Below are positions 34,761 to 44,438 of a stretch of DNA of 64,000 nt, piece after piece; within the stretch, counting starts at the first letter, position 1, and every line of letters starts with the position of its first letter. The DNA lies in the NCBI GenBank assembly GCA_041665505.1, contig JBAYIR010000001.1, positions 83,108 to 147,107 of the forward strand, read 5' to 3'. The notes below the pieces were generated by a model. The model saw nothing but the letters and a program-made list of their open reading frames with translations. It searched no databases and was not told the origin of the DNA. This stretch comes from Patescibacteria group bacterium. GTDB taxonomy: Bacteria; Patescibacteriota; Patescibacteriia; UBA1558; GWA2-36-10. A program made the translations under genes and the position numbers.

Positions 34761-37118
34761 ATGAAGTATAATTTTCAAGACAGAGAAAAATATTGGAGAG
34801 AATTTTGGGATAATAAAGAAATTTATAAATTTGACTCAAGCAGTCAAAAGCCTTTTTATTTGGTAGATACTCCGCCACCTTATGTTTCGGCTGATCATCT
34901 CCATGTTGGACATATCATGAGCTATTCTCAAGCGGAATTTATAGTGCGCTACAAAAGAATGCGTGGCTATGAAGTTTTTTATCCAATGGGTTTTGATGAC
35001 AATGGTTTACCAACTGAAAGATTTGTAGAGAAAAAATATAAAATAAATAAAAATGAAATCAGCCGAAGTGATTTTATAAAAAAATGTCTGGAAGAAACAA
35101 AGATTGGCTCGCAGACTTATAAAAATCTGTGGCAGGAAATGGGTATTTCTATTGATTGGTCCAAAACTTATAGCACCATCAATGAACATAGCCAAAGAGT
35201 ATCACAGTGGTCATTTATTGATTTGTATAAAAAGGGAAAGATGACCAGAAAAGATGAGCCTTCTTATTGGTGTACAACTTGTCAGACAGCGGTAGCTCAA
35301 GCCGATTTGGAAGACAAAGAAGAGGATAGCTTTTTAAATTATATTAATTTTAAATCAGCCGATTCTGATAAAAATTATTTGATATCTACATCTCGACCAG
35401 AATTACTAGCAGCTTGCGTAGCACTCTTTGTCAATCCAGAAGATAAGAGATATCAAGATGTTATTGGTAGAAAAGCTATAGTACCTATATTTGATTATGA
35501 AGTACCAATTTTAAGTGACGAAGATGTAGATATTGATTTTGGTACTGGTATGATGATGGTTTGTACTTGGGGAGATGGCGAAGATGTCAAAAAATCCAAA
35601 AAACATAATCTAGAAATTAGATCAATTTTACAAAAAAATGGCCGTTTGAATGAACTAGCTGGTGAATTTGCTAATTATAAAATTAAAGAGGCCCGTCAAG
35701 AAATTATTGAAAAATTAAAAGCCAGTGGGCATTTGCAAAAACAAGAAAGTATTAATCATGTTTTAAATGTTCATGAGAGATGTTCTACACCAGTAGAGTT
35801 GATAAAAGCTAAACAGTGGTTTATTAATGTTTTAGAGTCTAAAGAAGAGCTCATCAAACAAGCGGATAAAATGAATTGGTATCCAGAGTTTATGAAGCAG
35901 CGGTATATTGACTGGGTGCAAGCTTTAAAATGGGACTGGTGTATTTCTAGACAGAGATACTATGGTGTGCCTTTTCCAATTTGGTATTGTCAAAAATGTG
36001 GAGAAGTGATTTTGCCCAAAGAAGAATCTTTGCCAGTTGATCCGATAAATTCACAGCCAGATATCAGTAGCTGTCCCAAATGTGGTGCTCATGATTTTGT
36101 GCCAGAAAACGATGTCATGGACACTTGGATGACTTCTTCTTGCACTCCGATTATCATTTCCAAATTGTTTGCTGATAAAAAAATTCAAGACAAATTGTAT
36201 CCTAGCAGTCTTAGACCGCAAGCTTTTGAGATTATTCGGACTTGGTTGTTTTATACGGTAGTCAAATCTTTTTATCATTTTAATGATGTGCCTTTCAAAG
36301 ATATTATGATTTCTGGTCATGGTTTGGATGATAGCGGACAAAAAATTTCCAAGCGTTTGGGAAATTTTGTACCACCAGAAAAAATTATAGAACGTTATGG
36401 AGCTGATTCTCTAAGATATTGGGCTACCGGGGCCAATTTGGGAGAAAATTTGAGATACAATGAAGATGAAGTAAAAAAAGGCAATCGGACCATCACCAAA
36501 TTACACAATGCTTCAGAGTTTTGTTTTAGCCATTTCAAAGGAGAGGATTATTCTCAGATTAAAATAGAAAATTTAGAGCCAGCCGATAAATGGATTTTGC
36601 ATTATTTGAATGAGACATTAACTAAAGTTACAGAGCATTTTGATGCTTATCAATATGCCAAAGCTAAAGGGGAGATAGACAATTTTTTCTGGGCTTATTT
36701 TTGTGATAATTATTTGGAATTTATCAAACATAGACTCTACAGAGAAGAGTCAGATCAAGTAGCTAAAAGTGTTTTATATCAGGTCATGCTGGGTATTATA
36801 AAAATGTATGCTCCAATCATGCCTTATATTACTGAAGAAATTTATCATTCATATTTTGATAAATTTGAAAAAGATATTAGTATTCACTTATCTAAATGGC
36901 CAGAAGTGATTAAAAAGCTTAATTTTTCACAGGCTGAATTGGATGAATTTAGCCAGGCCGTTGAGCTGATTAAGGAAATTAGAAAATTTAAATCAGCCAA
37001 TCAATTTTCTTTGGCAGTAGAATTGGATGATTTTCAAAGTCCAATCGCGATTTCAGAAAAGCATAGGGAATTTGTCTCTTTAGTTGGCCGAGTAAAGAAT
37101 ATAATAATTAAAAGCTAG
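34761..37118 (+). CDS. valS: class I aminoacyl-tRNA synthetase, most likely valyl-tRNA synthetase (compact form)
   Basis: 785 aa; PPPYVSADHLHVGH HIGH region like ValRS PPPNVTGxLHMGH; TSRPELLAACVALFVNPEDKRY like ValRS editing-domain TTRPET...NPEDERY; DWCISRQRYYGVP; KISKRLGN KMSKS motif. Lacks long C-terminal coiled coil. Leu/Ile family not fully excluded. Confidence 0.55.
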   Translation: MKYNFQDREKYWREFWDNKEIYKFDSSSQKPFYLVDTPPPYVSADHLHVGHIMSYSQAEFIVRYKRMRGYEVFYPMGFDDNGLPTERFVEKKYKINKNEISRSDFIKKCLEETKIGSQTYKNLWQEMGISIDWSKTYSTINEHSQRVSQWSFIDLYKKGKMTRKDEPSYWCTTCQTAVAQADLEDKEEDSFLNYINFKSADSDKNYLISTSRPELLAACVALFVNPEDKRYQDVIGRKAIVPIFDYEVPILSDEDVDIDFGTGMMMVCTWGDGEDVKKSKKHNLEIRSILQKNGRLNELAGEFANYKIKEARQEIIEKLKASGHLQKQESINHVLNVHERCSTPVELIKAKQWFINVLESKEELIKQADKMNWYPEFMKQRYIDWVQALKWDWCISRQRYYGVPFPIWYCQKCGEVILPKEESLPVDPINSQPDISSCPKCGAHDFVPENDVMDTWMTSSCTPIIISKLFADKKIQDKLYPSSLRPQAFEIIRTWLFYTVVKSFYHFNDVPFKDIMISGHGLDDSGQKISKRLGNFVPPEKIIERYGADSLRYWATGANLGENLRYNEDEVKKGNRTITKLHNASEFCFSHFKGEDYSQIKIENLEPADKWILHYLNETLTKVTEHFDAYQYAKAKGEIDNFFWAYFCDNYLEFIKHRLYREESDQVAKSVLYQVMLGIIKMYAPIMPYITEEIYHSYFDKFEKDISIHLSKWPEVIKKLNFSQAELDEFSQAVELIKEIRKFKSANQFSLAVELDDFQSPIAISEKHREFVSLVGRVKNIIIKS

Positions 37119-37176
37119 AATTACCAGGCTCCGTTTCATGTCTAATTTAATATAAATATATTATAATTAAAAATTC

Positions 37177-38937
37177 ATGGAGTATTTAACTAAACAAACA
37201 TTTAAAATCTTTTGGAGGCACTTGCTAAAATACAAATGGCAGGCCTTATTTATTTTACTCTCGGTGATTATTGCTTCTATTGGCAATATTATTGCGCCAT
37301 TTTTTTATAAAGATTTTTTTAATATTTTGACTAGTGGTGGTGAGAGTATTGATAAAGTAGCTACACTCAAAATTATTTTGATGAAAGTATTGGCTGTTTA
37401 TTTGGTCTCTTGGGTTTTTTGGAGAATTTCTACTTTTTTGACAGCCTATTTTCAGACACACGCTATGGCTGATATATCAAATTCTTCTTTCGCCTATTTA
37501 CATAAACATTCTATTTCTTTTTTTAATAATAATTTTGTTGGCTCATTGGTAAAAAAAGTAAATAGATTTTCCAGAGCTTTTGAAGTTATCACTGATTTAT
37601 TATTTTGGGATTTTTTACCAATTTTTGTTAATGTATTTTTAATTATCATAGTTTTGGGTAAAAAAAATTTATGGTTAGGAGTGGGTATTTTGCTTTGGAC
37701 CATAGTCTACATGTTAATAAATTATTATTTTTCTTTATATAAATTAAAATATGATGTTCAAAGAGCTAGCTTAAATTCTAAAGTAACTGGAGTGTTGGCT
37801 GACACTATTACCAATCATCTCAATGTCAAATTATTTTCAGGCTACACTAGAGAAAGAAATCGTTTTAAACAAGTGAATGATCAATTTAGAAAGTTACATC
37901 AATTTACTTGGAATTTGGCTAATTATTTTGAAGCTGGTCAAACACTACTGATGATGCTTTTGGAAATTGGAGTGATGTATTATGGTATTTCCCTTTGGCA
38001 AAAAGGAATCATCAGCGTGGGAGATTTTGTTTTGATTCAAACTTACCTTATCAATATTATGATGAGGCTTTGGAATTTTGGCCGCATTATTAGGAAATAT
38101 TATGAAGCTATGGCTGAAGCAGAAGAAATGACTGAAATTTTAGAAATTCCTCATGAAATTCAAGATGTTAAAAATGCTAAAATTTTGAAAGTAAGCAATG
38201 GCCAAATAGAATTTAAAGAAGTAGATTTTTCTTATCATAAGACTAGACAAATTATTTCTAATCTTAATTTAAATATCAAAGCTAAAGAGAAAATAGCTGT
38301 CATTGGACCCTCTGGTAGCGGTAAATCAACCTTGGTCAGTTTGTTACTTAGAAATTATGACATTGATAAGGGTAAAATAATGATAGATAATCAAAAAATA
38401 ATCAGTGTGACACAAGATTCTCTCTGGCAAAATATATCTTTGGTTAATCAAGATCCAATTTTATTTCATCGGACCTTAAAAGAAAATATTTCTTATGGTA
38501 AGCCAAAAGCTAGTGATGCGGAGATTAAAAAAGCAGCCAAACTAGCTCACGCTGACGATTTTATAACAAATTTTCCTGAGAAATATGAAACTTATGTTGG
38601 AGAAAGAGGAGTAAAACTCTCTGGTGGTGAAAGACAGCGTGTGGCTATGGCTCGAGCCATACTCAAAAATGCGCCGATTTTGGTATTAGATGAAGCTACT
38701 TCTTCTCTGGATTCGCAGTCAGAAGAGCTGATTCAAGAAGCTTTGGCTAATCTAATGAAAAATAAAACAGTTATAGTAATTGCTCACAGGTTGTCTACTA
38801 TCATGAGAATGGATAGGATAATAGTCTTTGATCAAGGGAAAATAGTAGAACAGGGCACACATCAGGAATTGATAAACAAAACTGGTGGCTTGTACAAAAA
38901 ACTTTGGGAAAAACAAGTTGGTGGATTTATTGCTTAA
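37177..38937 (+). CDS. ABC transporter, fused permease/ATPase (MsbA-like exporter)
   Basis: 586 aa; 6 N-terminal TM helices, Walker A GPSGSGKST, signature LSGGERQR, Walker B ILVLDEATS. Confidence 0.85.
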   Translation: MEYLTKQTFKIFWRHLLKYKWQALFILLSVIIASIGNIIAPFFYKDFFNILTSGGESIDKVATLKIILMKVLAVYLVSWVFWRISTFLTAYFQTHAMADISNSSFAYLHKHSISFFNNNFVGSLVKKVNRFSRAFEVITDLLFWDFLPIFVNVFLIIIVLGKKNLWLGVGILLWTIVYMLINYYFSLYKLKYDVQRASLNSKVTGVLADTITNHLNVKLFSGYTRERNRFKQVNDQFRKLHQFTWNLANYFEAGQTLLMMLLEIGVMYYGISLWQKGIISVGDFVLIQTYLINIMMRLWNFGRIIRKYYEAMAEAEEMTEILEIPHEIQDVKNAKILKVSNGQIEFKEVDFSYHKTRQIISNLNLNIKAKEKIAVIGPSGSGKSTLVSLLLRNYDIDKGKIMIDNQKIISVTQDSLWQNISLVNQDPILFHRTLKENISYGKPKASDAEIKKAAKLAHADDFITNFPEKYETYVGERGVKLSGGERQRVAMARAILKNAPILVLDEATSSLDSQSEELIQEALANLMKNKTVIVIAHRLSTIMRMDRIIVFDQGKIVEQGTHQELINKTGGLYKKLWEKQVGGFIA

Positions 38938-38940
38938 TAT

Positions 38941-38975
38941 TTTTGGCCGCCGCGTCTGACGCGGCGGTTTTTGTT
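38941..38975 (+). terminator. GC-rich hairpin terminator after ABC exporter
   Basis: gccgccgcg-tctga-cgcggcggt followed by ttttgttt. Confidence 0.55.
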
Positions 38976-39118
38976 TATAGGCATTTTTGTAAAAATATTG
39001 TATAATAAACATATTCCTTTAGGTGTTAATAAATTTATATATAAAAACTAAAAAAATTTTTCCGTTGTAATACAGCAGCGTGATTTTTTGTATATAATAT
39101 TAGAGAATATTTAAGGGA

Positions 39119-40099
39119 ATGAAAAATAAAAATATAATAGCCAAATTAAAAATAGCTGATTTGCGCGGACGAGGGGGCGCTGATTTTCCTACTTATCTAA
39201 AATGGGAAATGATGGCGAGTACTAAGGCTAAAAATAAATATATTGTAGCTAATGGTAGTGAAGGAGAACCAAATGTTCTCAAAGATGGCTATATTTTAAA
39301 AAATCATCCAGAGTTGTTGATAGAGGGAATAAAAATTGCTTTAGAGACTTTTAAAGGATCTGAAGCTTTTATTTTTTTAAGGCGAGATTATTTCAAAAAA
39401 TATAAAAAGCAATTAGATAAATTAGTGGGTGATTTACCAATTACTGTTTTTAGAGAACATGGTGGATATTTGTCTGGTGAGGAAACTGTGCTTTGTGAAG
39501 AAATTGAAAAAAGTCTGCCAGCCCGTCCTAGAACCAAGCCGCCTTTTCCAGGTCAAGCTGGTATATATGGATTGCCGACTTTGATAAATAATATAGAAAC
39601 TTTTTATTATATTGCTAAAATTGCTAGAGATGATTATCAGCAGACAAGATTGTATAGTATCACTGGTAAAGTCCTACATAAAGGAGTTTTTGAACTGCCG
39701 GTAGTTTGGTCTATTAAAAAGATTTTAGAAGCTACTAAAAATAGTCCAGACTTTGATTATTTTGTCCAAGTCGGTGGTGGAGCCAGTGGTGATATATTAT
39801 TGCCTGCAGAAACTACGCAAAAAGTATCTGGTAGTGGGGCTATTGTTGTTTATGACAAAGAGCAGACAGATCCCTGGGTCTTGATGCGCACTTGGATTGA
39901 TTTTTTCATGCGAGAAAATTGTGACAAATGCACACCTTGTCGGGAAGGCACTTATCGGATACTAGAGATGATTAGAAACAGACAATTTGATAAAAAGATT
40001 TTGGATGATTTATTTTTTGTTTTAGAAAATACTAGTTTTTGCGCGTTGGGTAAATCTATACCATTGCCTTTTAGATCAGTTATTAAAAAATTATTATGA
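39119..40099 (+). CDS. NuoF-like NADH-binding flavoprotein subunit (hydrogenase diaphorase / HndC-like)
   Basis: 326 aa; LRGRGGADFPTYLKW matches NuoF GLRGRGGAGFPTGLKW; C-terminal CDKCTPCREG 4Fe-4S motif. Confidence 0.75.
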   Translation: MKNKNIIAKLKIADLRGRGGADFPTYLKWEMMASTKAKNKYIVANGSEGEPNVLKDGYILKNHPELLIEGIKIALETFKGSEAFIFLRRDYFKKYKKQLDKLVGDLPITVFREHGGYLSGEETVLCEEIEKSLPARPRTKPPFPGQAGIYGLPTLINNIETFYYIAKIARDDYQQTRLYSITGKVLHKGVFELPVVWSIKKILEATKNSPDFDYFVQVGGGASGDILLPAETTQKVSGSGAIVVYDKEQTDPWVLMRTWIDFFMRENCDKCTPCREGTYRILEMIRNRQFDKKILDDLFFVLENTSFCALGKSIPLPFRSVIKKLL

Positions 40100-41823
40100 A
40101 CGCTAAGAAAATTTCAATTTTTATCAATAAGCAGAAATATTCCGCTCAGCTAGGCGAAAGTGTTTTGGATGTGGCTAGAAGAAACAATATACATATTACT
40201 ACCTTATGTCATCATCCCGATGTAAAAATTCAGGGTTCTTGTCGTTTATGTTTGGTAGAAATAACAGGTCGTAAAGGTTTATTTACAGCTTGCAGTACCA
40301 AAGTGGAAGAGGCTATGAAAGTGGTCACTGATTCCAAAGATATCTCTAGAGCTAAACAAACAAATTTAGAGTTAATATTTGCTGAGCATTGTGAAGAATG
40401 TGGAGATTGTATTTATAGTCAAAATTGTACTATCAAAGAATATGCCAAAAAGTATAATATTAAAATAACTAAATATCCTGATCGCAAAAAAGGCTATCCT
40501 GTACACAAATTTGGTCCAGCTCTACAGTTTGATAGCTCTAAGTGTATTGATTGTGGTTTGTGTGTAGAAATTTGTAAAAAAGAAGGTGTAGATTTTTTGG
40601 AGTTTAAGAAAAACAGAAAGTTTTATGAAGTTAGTCCATCTTGTAAAAAGTCTAAAGATTGTATTTATTGTGGGCAATGTTTAACTCATTGTCCAGTGGG
40701 AGCTTTTGAAGGTATAGGGGAATTTGAAGATGTGGATAAGTATATAAATATCAAAGGTAAAACAGTGGTTTTTCAGTTTGCACCATCTATTCGCTCTACT
40801 ATTGGTGAAGAGTTTGGCCTGCCAGTTGGATCAGTTGTGACCGGTAAACTGGTGGCTGCTATCAAAGCTTTAGGTATTAAGCATGTTTTTGATGTTTCAG
40901 TTGGCGCTGATATTACTACTATGGAAGAAGCTACCGAACTCCTAGAGAGGTTAAAAGAAAATAAAGCACTACCGATGTTTACTTCTTGTTGTCCAGCCTG
41001 GGTTAAATATGTAGAATTTTTTCGGCCAGATATGATAGCCAATTTAACTACAGTGCGTAGTCCACAAATTATTATGGGCGGTCTTATCAAGACCTACTGG
41101 GCCAAAGAAATGAATATTAACCCTAAAGATATTGTAGTAGTGGCAATTATGCCTTGTGTGGCCAAAAAATATGAAATTGACAGAAGTCAAAACAAAATAA
41201 ATGGTTTAAAAGCTGTTGATCAAGTATTAACCACTAGAGAATTAGCCCATTTACTGCGTAAGAAAAAAATTGATTTAGCTACTATCAAAGCTGAGGTGGC
41301 TAAATCACCACTACTTAAACCAAGCGGAGCCGGAGTGATTTATGGAGCCTCGGGTGGTGTAATGGAGTCAGCTCTTCGAGCTGCTTATAGAAAAATAACT
41401 GGACGTAGAATGCCCCAGTTACAACTGCAGGCAGTGCGCGGTATCGCAGGCTTTAAAAAAGCTAAGATTAAAATAACTGGACGGACTATTAAAGTGGGAG
41501 TAGTCAATGGTATTGCCAATGCCAAGAGAATTTTGGCAGAGTTAGAAAAAAATCCTCAGGCTTATGATTATATAGAAGTAATGGCTTGTTTTGGTGGTTG
41601 TATTGGCGGTGGAGGACAGCCAGTGCCAGTTGATGATGAAATTAGGAGAAAACGTTCAGCTGGACTTTATAATGAAGACAATAAAAATATTTTGCGTAGT
41701 GCTGATGAAAATCCAATTATCAAAAAATTATATCAAGATTTTTTCAGTGACCACAAAAATATCCATAACGTTTGTCACACTAGTTTTATAAAAAAGAAAA
41801 AAGAAGTTTTTCCAGCTAAATAA
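40096..41823 (+). CDS. hydA: [FeFe]-hydrogenase catalytic subunit HydA
   Basis: 575 aa; N-terminal 2Fe-2S ferredoxin-like fold (NuoG-like), two CxxCxxCxxxCP ferredoxin motifs, and H-cluster motifs L1 FTSCCPAWV, L2 MPCVAKKYE, L3 EVMACFGGCIGGGGQP. Confidence 0.85.
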   Translation: MNAKKISIFINKQKYSAQLGESVLDVARRNNIHITTLCHHPDVKIQGSCRLCLVEITGRKGLFTACSTKVEEAMKVVTDSKDISRAKQTNLELIFAEHCEECGDCIYSQNCTIKEYAKKYNIKITKYPDRKKGYPVHKFGPALQFDSSKCIDCGLCVEICKKEGVDFLEFKKNRKFYEVSPSCKKSKDCIYCGQCLTHCPVGAFEGIGEFEDVDKYINIKGKTVVFQFAPSIRSTIGEEFGLPVGSVVTGKLVAAIKALGIKHVFDVSVGADITTMEEATELLERLKENKALPMFTSCCPAWVKYVEFFRPDMIANLTTVRSPQIIMGGLIKTYWAKEMNINPKDIVVVAIMPCVAKKYEIDRSQNKINGLKAVDQVLTTRELAHLLRKKKIDLATIKAEVAKSPLLKPSGAGVIYGASGGVMESALRAAYRKITGRRMPQLQLQAVRGIAGFKKAKIKITGRTIKVGVVNGIANAKRILAELEKNPQAYDYIEVMACFGGCIGGGGQPVPVDDEIRRKRSAGLYNEDNKNILRSADENPIIKKLYQDFFSDHKNIHNVCHTSFIKKKKEVFPAK

Positions 41824-41845
41824 TTAAATTTTTAATTAAAAAAAT

Positions 41846-42358
41846 ATGGCTTTAACACAAACTTTAACTTGGGACAGGACTAAAACCATAAGTGCTGTGC
41901 AGTTTGTATCTTTACTTAGTATTGCTACTATTGCTCCATTATTTCATCAACAATGGTTGACTGGCCCCATAGTCAACGCTATGTTTTTAATAGCAGTGGT
42001 ATTACTTGGTAGTCAAAACGCTATTATTTTGGCTTTACTGCCTAGCACTATTGCTCTGGGTGTGGGACTTTTACCAGCTTTGCTAGCACCCATGGTACCT
42101 TTTATTATTATTTCCAATGTCATATTTATTTTGGGTTTTAGCTATTTAAGGGAAAAGAATTTTTTCTTAGCAGTTATAGTAGCTAGTGTTTTAAAATTTA
42201 TTTTTTTATGGTCAACTAGTTTTGTAGTGATAAATCTACTGCTTAAAAAAGAATTAGCTACTAGTGTTTCTGGTATAATGTCTTGGCCACAGTTGGCTAC
42301 AGCTCTAATAGGTGGAATGCTAGCTTACATATTTCTCAAAGGAATTAAAAAGATATAA
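41846..42358 (+). CDS. polytopic membrane protein (possible ECF-type substrate-binding component)
   Basis: 170 aa, 5-6 hydrophobic helices; no confident family. Confidence 0.35.
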   Translation: MALTQTLTWDRTKTISAVQFVSLLSIATIAPLFHQQWLTGPIVNAMFLIAVVLLGSQNAIILALLPSTIALGVGLLPALLAPMVPFIIISNVIFILGFSYLREKNFFLAVIVASVLKFIFLWSTSFVVINLLLKKELATSVSGIMSWPQLATALIGGMLAYIFLKGIKKI

Positions 42359-42363
42359 AAAAT

Positions 42364-42402
42364 AGCCCCTGACACTAAAATTTGTAGGGGCTTTTTTATT
42401 TT
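42364..42402 (+). terminator. rho-independent terminator
   Basis: agcccctgacactaaaatttgtaggggct hairpin followed by tttttatttt. Confidence 0.6.
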
Positions 42403-42427
42403 GACTAATTTGGCTGATTGGTATACT
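42401..42427 (+). promoter_or_regulatory. promoter TTGACT-15-TATACT upstream of cassette D
   Basis: ttgact 42401-42406, tatact 42422-42427; 15-nt spacer is short. Confidence 0.35.
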
Positions 42428-42465
42428 TTTAGTTTACACCCATCCCTGTGAAAGGAGGGAAAACC

Positions 42466-42717
42466 ATGTCTAGAGGCAGCATCGACAGAAGAGAAATCTT
42501 CATTGACATCACAGTGCCTGTCGAGCACTCTCAGGCATTTCTGGCCCGCCTCACAGCGGACAAGCAGTACAGTGTAGACGAGCTACACTGCCACCAAGCC
42601 CAGGATGGGTATCACATCAGGATTACCGCCCAGGTAATCGACCAGGTAAAATGCCTCCAATTTATCAAAGCTCTGGCCATAGAGCTTGGTATGGACGGCA
42701 TGACCAACAAGGCCTAG
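42466..42717 (+). CDS. high-GC small cytoplasmic protein, 83 aa (foreign cassette D)
   Basis: AGGAGG(42453-42458)-gaaaacc(7 nt)-ATG 42466; track ORF 42448 begins at a GTG inside the SD. MSRGSIDRREIFIDITVPVEH...; no family recognised. Confidence 0.5.
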   Translation: MSRGSIDRREIFIDITVPVEHSQAFLARLTADKQYSVDELHCHQAQDGYHIRITAQVIDQVKCLQFIKALAIELGMDGMTNKA

Positions 42718-42726
42718 TTTGATGAG

Positions 42727-42757
42727 AAGACCAGCACGGAGGCTGGTCTTTAATTTT
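42727..42757 (+). terminator. hairpin terminator of cassette D
   Basis: agaccagc-acgga-ggctggtct followed by ttaatttt. Confidence 0.6.
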
Positions 42758-42818
42758 GACAAAAATAGCAATTTATGTTAATTTGAGCAGAATTGTTTTG
42801 AATCATTAATCCATTAAT

Positions 42819-44438
42819 ATGAATAAAAAAGTCATCAAATTTGTCTATTTTAGCTTTCTACTCCTTACACTGATGTCAGTGTCTGCTTGTGGCAAGAAGG
42901 ATAAAGAGGAAGATAAAGTAGAAATAAAGAAAAAAGTGCAAGTACAGAATATTGTTAAGCAGAATGAAGTCACTTCTAACTTACTATTAAGTGCCACAGT
43001 AGTACCTCAAGAATATAGTATTATTCGTTCACTTAGTCCTGGCACAGTAGAGTTTTTAGCACCAGTGGGTTCAGAAATATCTGCTGGGCAAGCTTTATTT
43101 TCCATTAGAGATTCAGGTATAGAAAATAATTATTTTAATACTTTACAGAGTTTTCAACAGACTCAGATTGTCAGTAGTCAAGGTATTTCTCAAGCTGAAC
43201 TTAGTCTAAATAGTGCCAAGGCTAGGTTAGATTTATCCAGGATACAATACAATAATACGATTATTCAAACTGAGCAGGCTCTAGCTAACACTCAAGATTC
43301 AGCGGTGGCAAATTATAATTCGGCTTATAATACTTTAAAACAGTTTTATTTATTTTTAAATAAAGATTTGGATTTAAGAGATAAAGAATATGTATATAAT
43401 GACCTTTTAACTCCTCAAATTCAATTAAAGTCAGATTTAAATCTAAAATTTAATAATTCGCTGGATTATTTTAATGGAATAGCTAATACAGTAACGGTTG
43501 ATGATGTTAGAGAAAATATGCCAAGATTACAACAAGCCTTGGCGCTCAGCAAAGACGTAGTAGATGATACTGTAATTTTACTCCAGAGCGCAGTGAGTAG
43601 TAATATGTTTCCTACTCTGACTATAGAATCTGATAAAGGCACTATGATTAGTTATCAAGCCACTATTAATACTCATTTATCAGGAATAATTGCCGCTATC
43701 AATTCTATAGTAAACACAGGCTCTTCAAATAATTTAGCCATTAATAATGCTCAATCACAGTTAGATTTAGCGGAAATAGAATATAAGAATTCAGAGATTG
43801 CTTTGCAGAACTCCAAAGATGGAGCTAATCTTCAAACTAGTGCTATGCAATCACAGCTTGATCAAGCCGCTTACAATTATAATAATTTGACATTATCATC
43901 ACCTTTTTCTGGGACTATATTGTCTCATTTCGTCGCTATAGGAGAGCAAGTCTCAATGGGCCGTGAACTAATAGAGATAGGTAATCTTTCGTTAGTGGAA
44001 ATGACCGTTGATATGGATGTTGAATTTGCTAAAGCAGTTAAATTGGCTGATGAAGTAAAGATTAATAATAAATATACTGGCCTGATAACTGAAATAGAAC
44101 CTATTGGAGATCTGACTAGCGGTAAAGTCAGTGTTACAGTTCAAAGTCAACCAGGCGATGAAGATTTATCAGCTGGTAGTATTGCGGAATTGGAATTTAT
44201 TTTACATTATGAAAGTGTTGAAGCTATAGTTATTCCTATAAAATCAGCCACTATTGAATCTTCTGGTAATTATGTCTATGTAGTAGTAGACGGCAAAATT
44301 TCTAGAAAAAATGTTACTTTAGGTCAGATTTTTGGAGATAAGGTGTCTGTTTTAAGTGGTTTAACAGAGGGGGATAAATTGGTAATTTTAAATGGCGTAT
44401 TTGTATCTAATGACGAAGCAGTAGATATTATTGAATAA
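42819..44438 (+). CDS. RND efflux periplasmic adaptor (membrane-fusion protein, HlyD family) lipoprotein
   Basis: 539 aa; signal peptide with lipobox LMSVSAC; long coiled-coil; C-terminal beta-barrel region LSSPFSGTILSHFVAIGEQVSMG. Confidence 0.7.
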   Translation: MNKKVIKFVYFSFLLLTLMSVSACGKKDKEEDKVEIKKKVQVQNIVKQNEVTSNLLLSATVVPQEYSIIRSLSPGTVEFLAPVGSEISAGQALFSIRDSGIENNYFNTLQSFQQTQIVSSQGISQAELSLNSAKARLDLSRIQYNNTIIQTEQALANTQDSAVANYNSAYNTLKQFYLFLNKDLDLRDKEYVYNDLLTPQIQLKSDLNLKFNNSLDYFNGIANTVTVDDVRENMPRLQQALALSKDVVDDTVILLQSAVSSNMFPTLTIESDKGTMISYQATINTHLSGIIAAINSIVNTGSSNNLAINNAQSQLDLAEIEYKNSEIALQNSKDGANLQTSAMQSQLDQAAYNYNNLTLSSPFSGTILSHFVAIGEQVSMGRELIEIGNLSLVEMTVDMDVEFAKAVKLADEVKINNKYTGLITEIEPIGDLTSGKVSVTVQSQPGDEDLSAGSIAELEFILHYESVEAIVIPIKSATIESSGNYVYVVVDGKISRKNVTLGQIFGDKVSVLSGLTEGDKLVILNGVFVSNDEAVDIIE

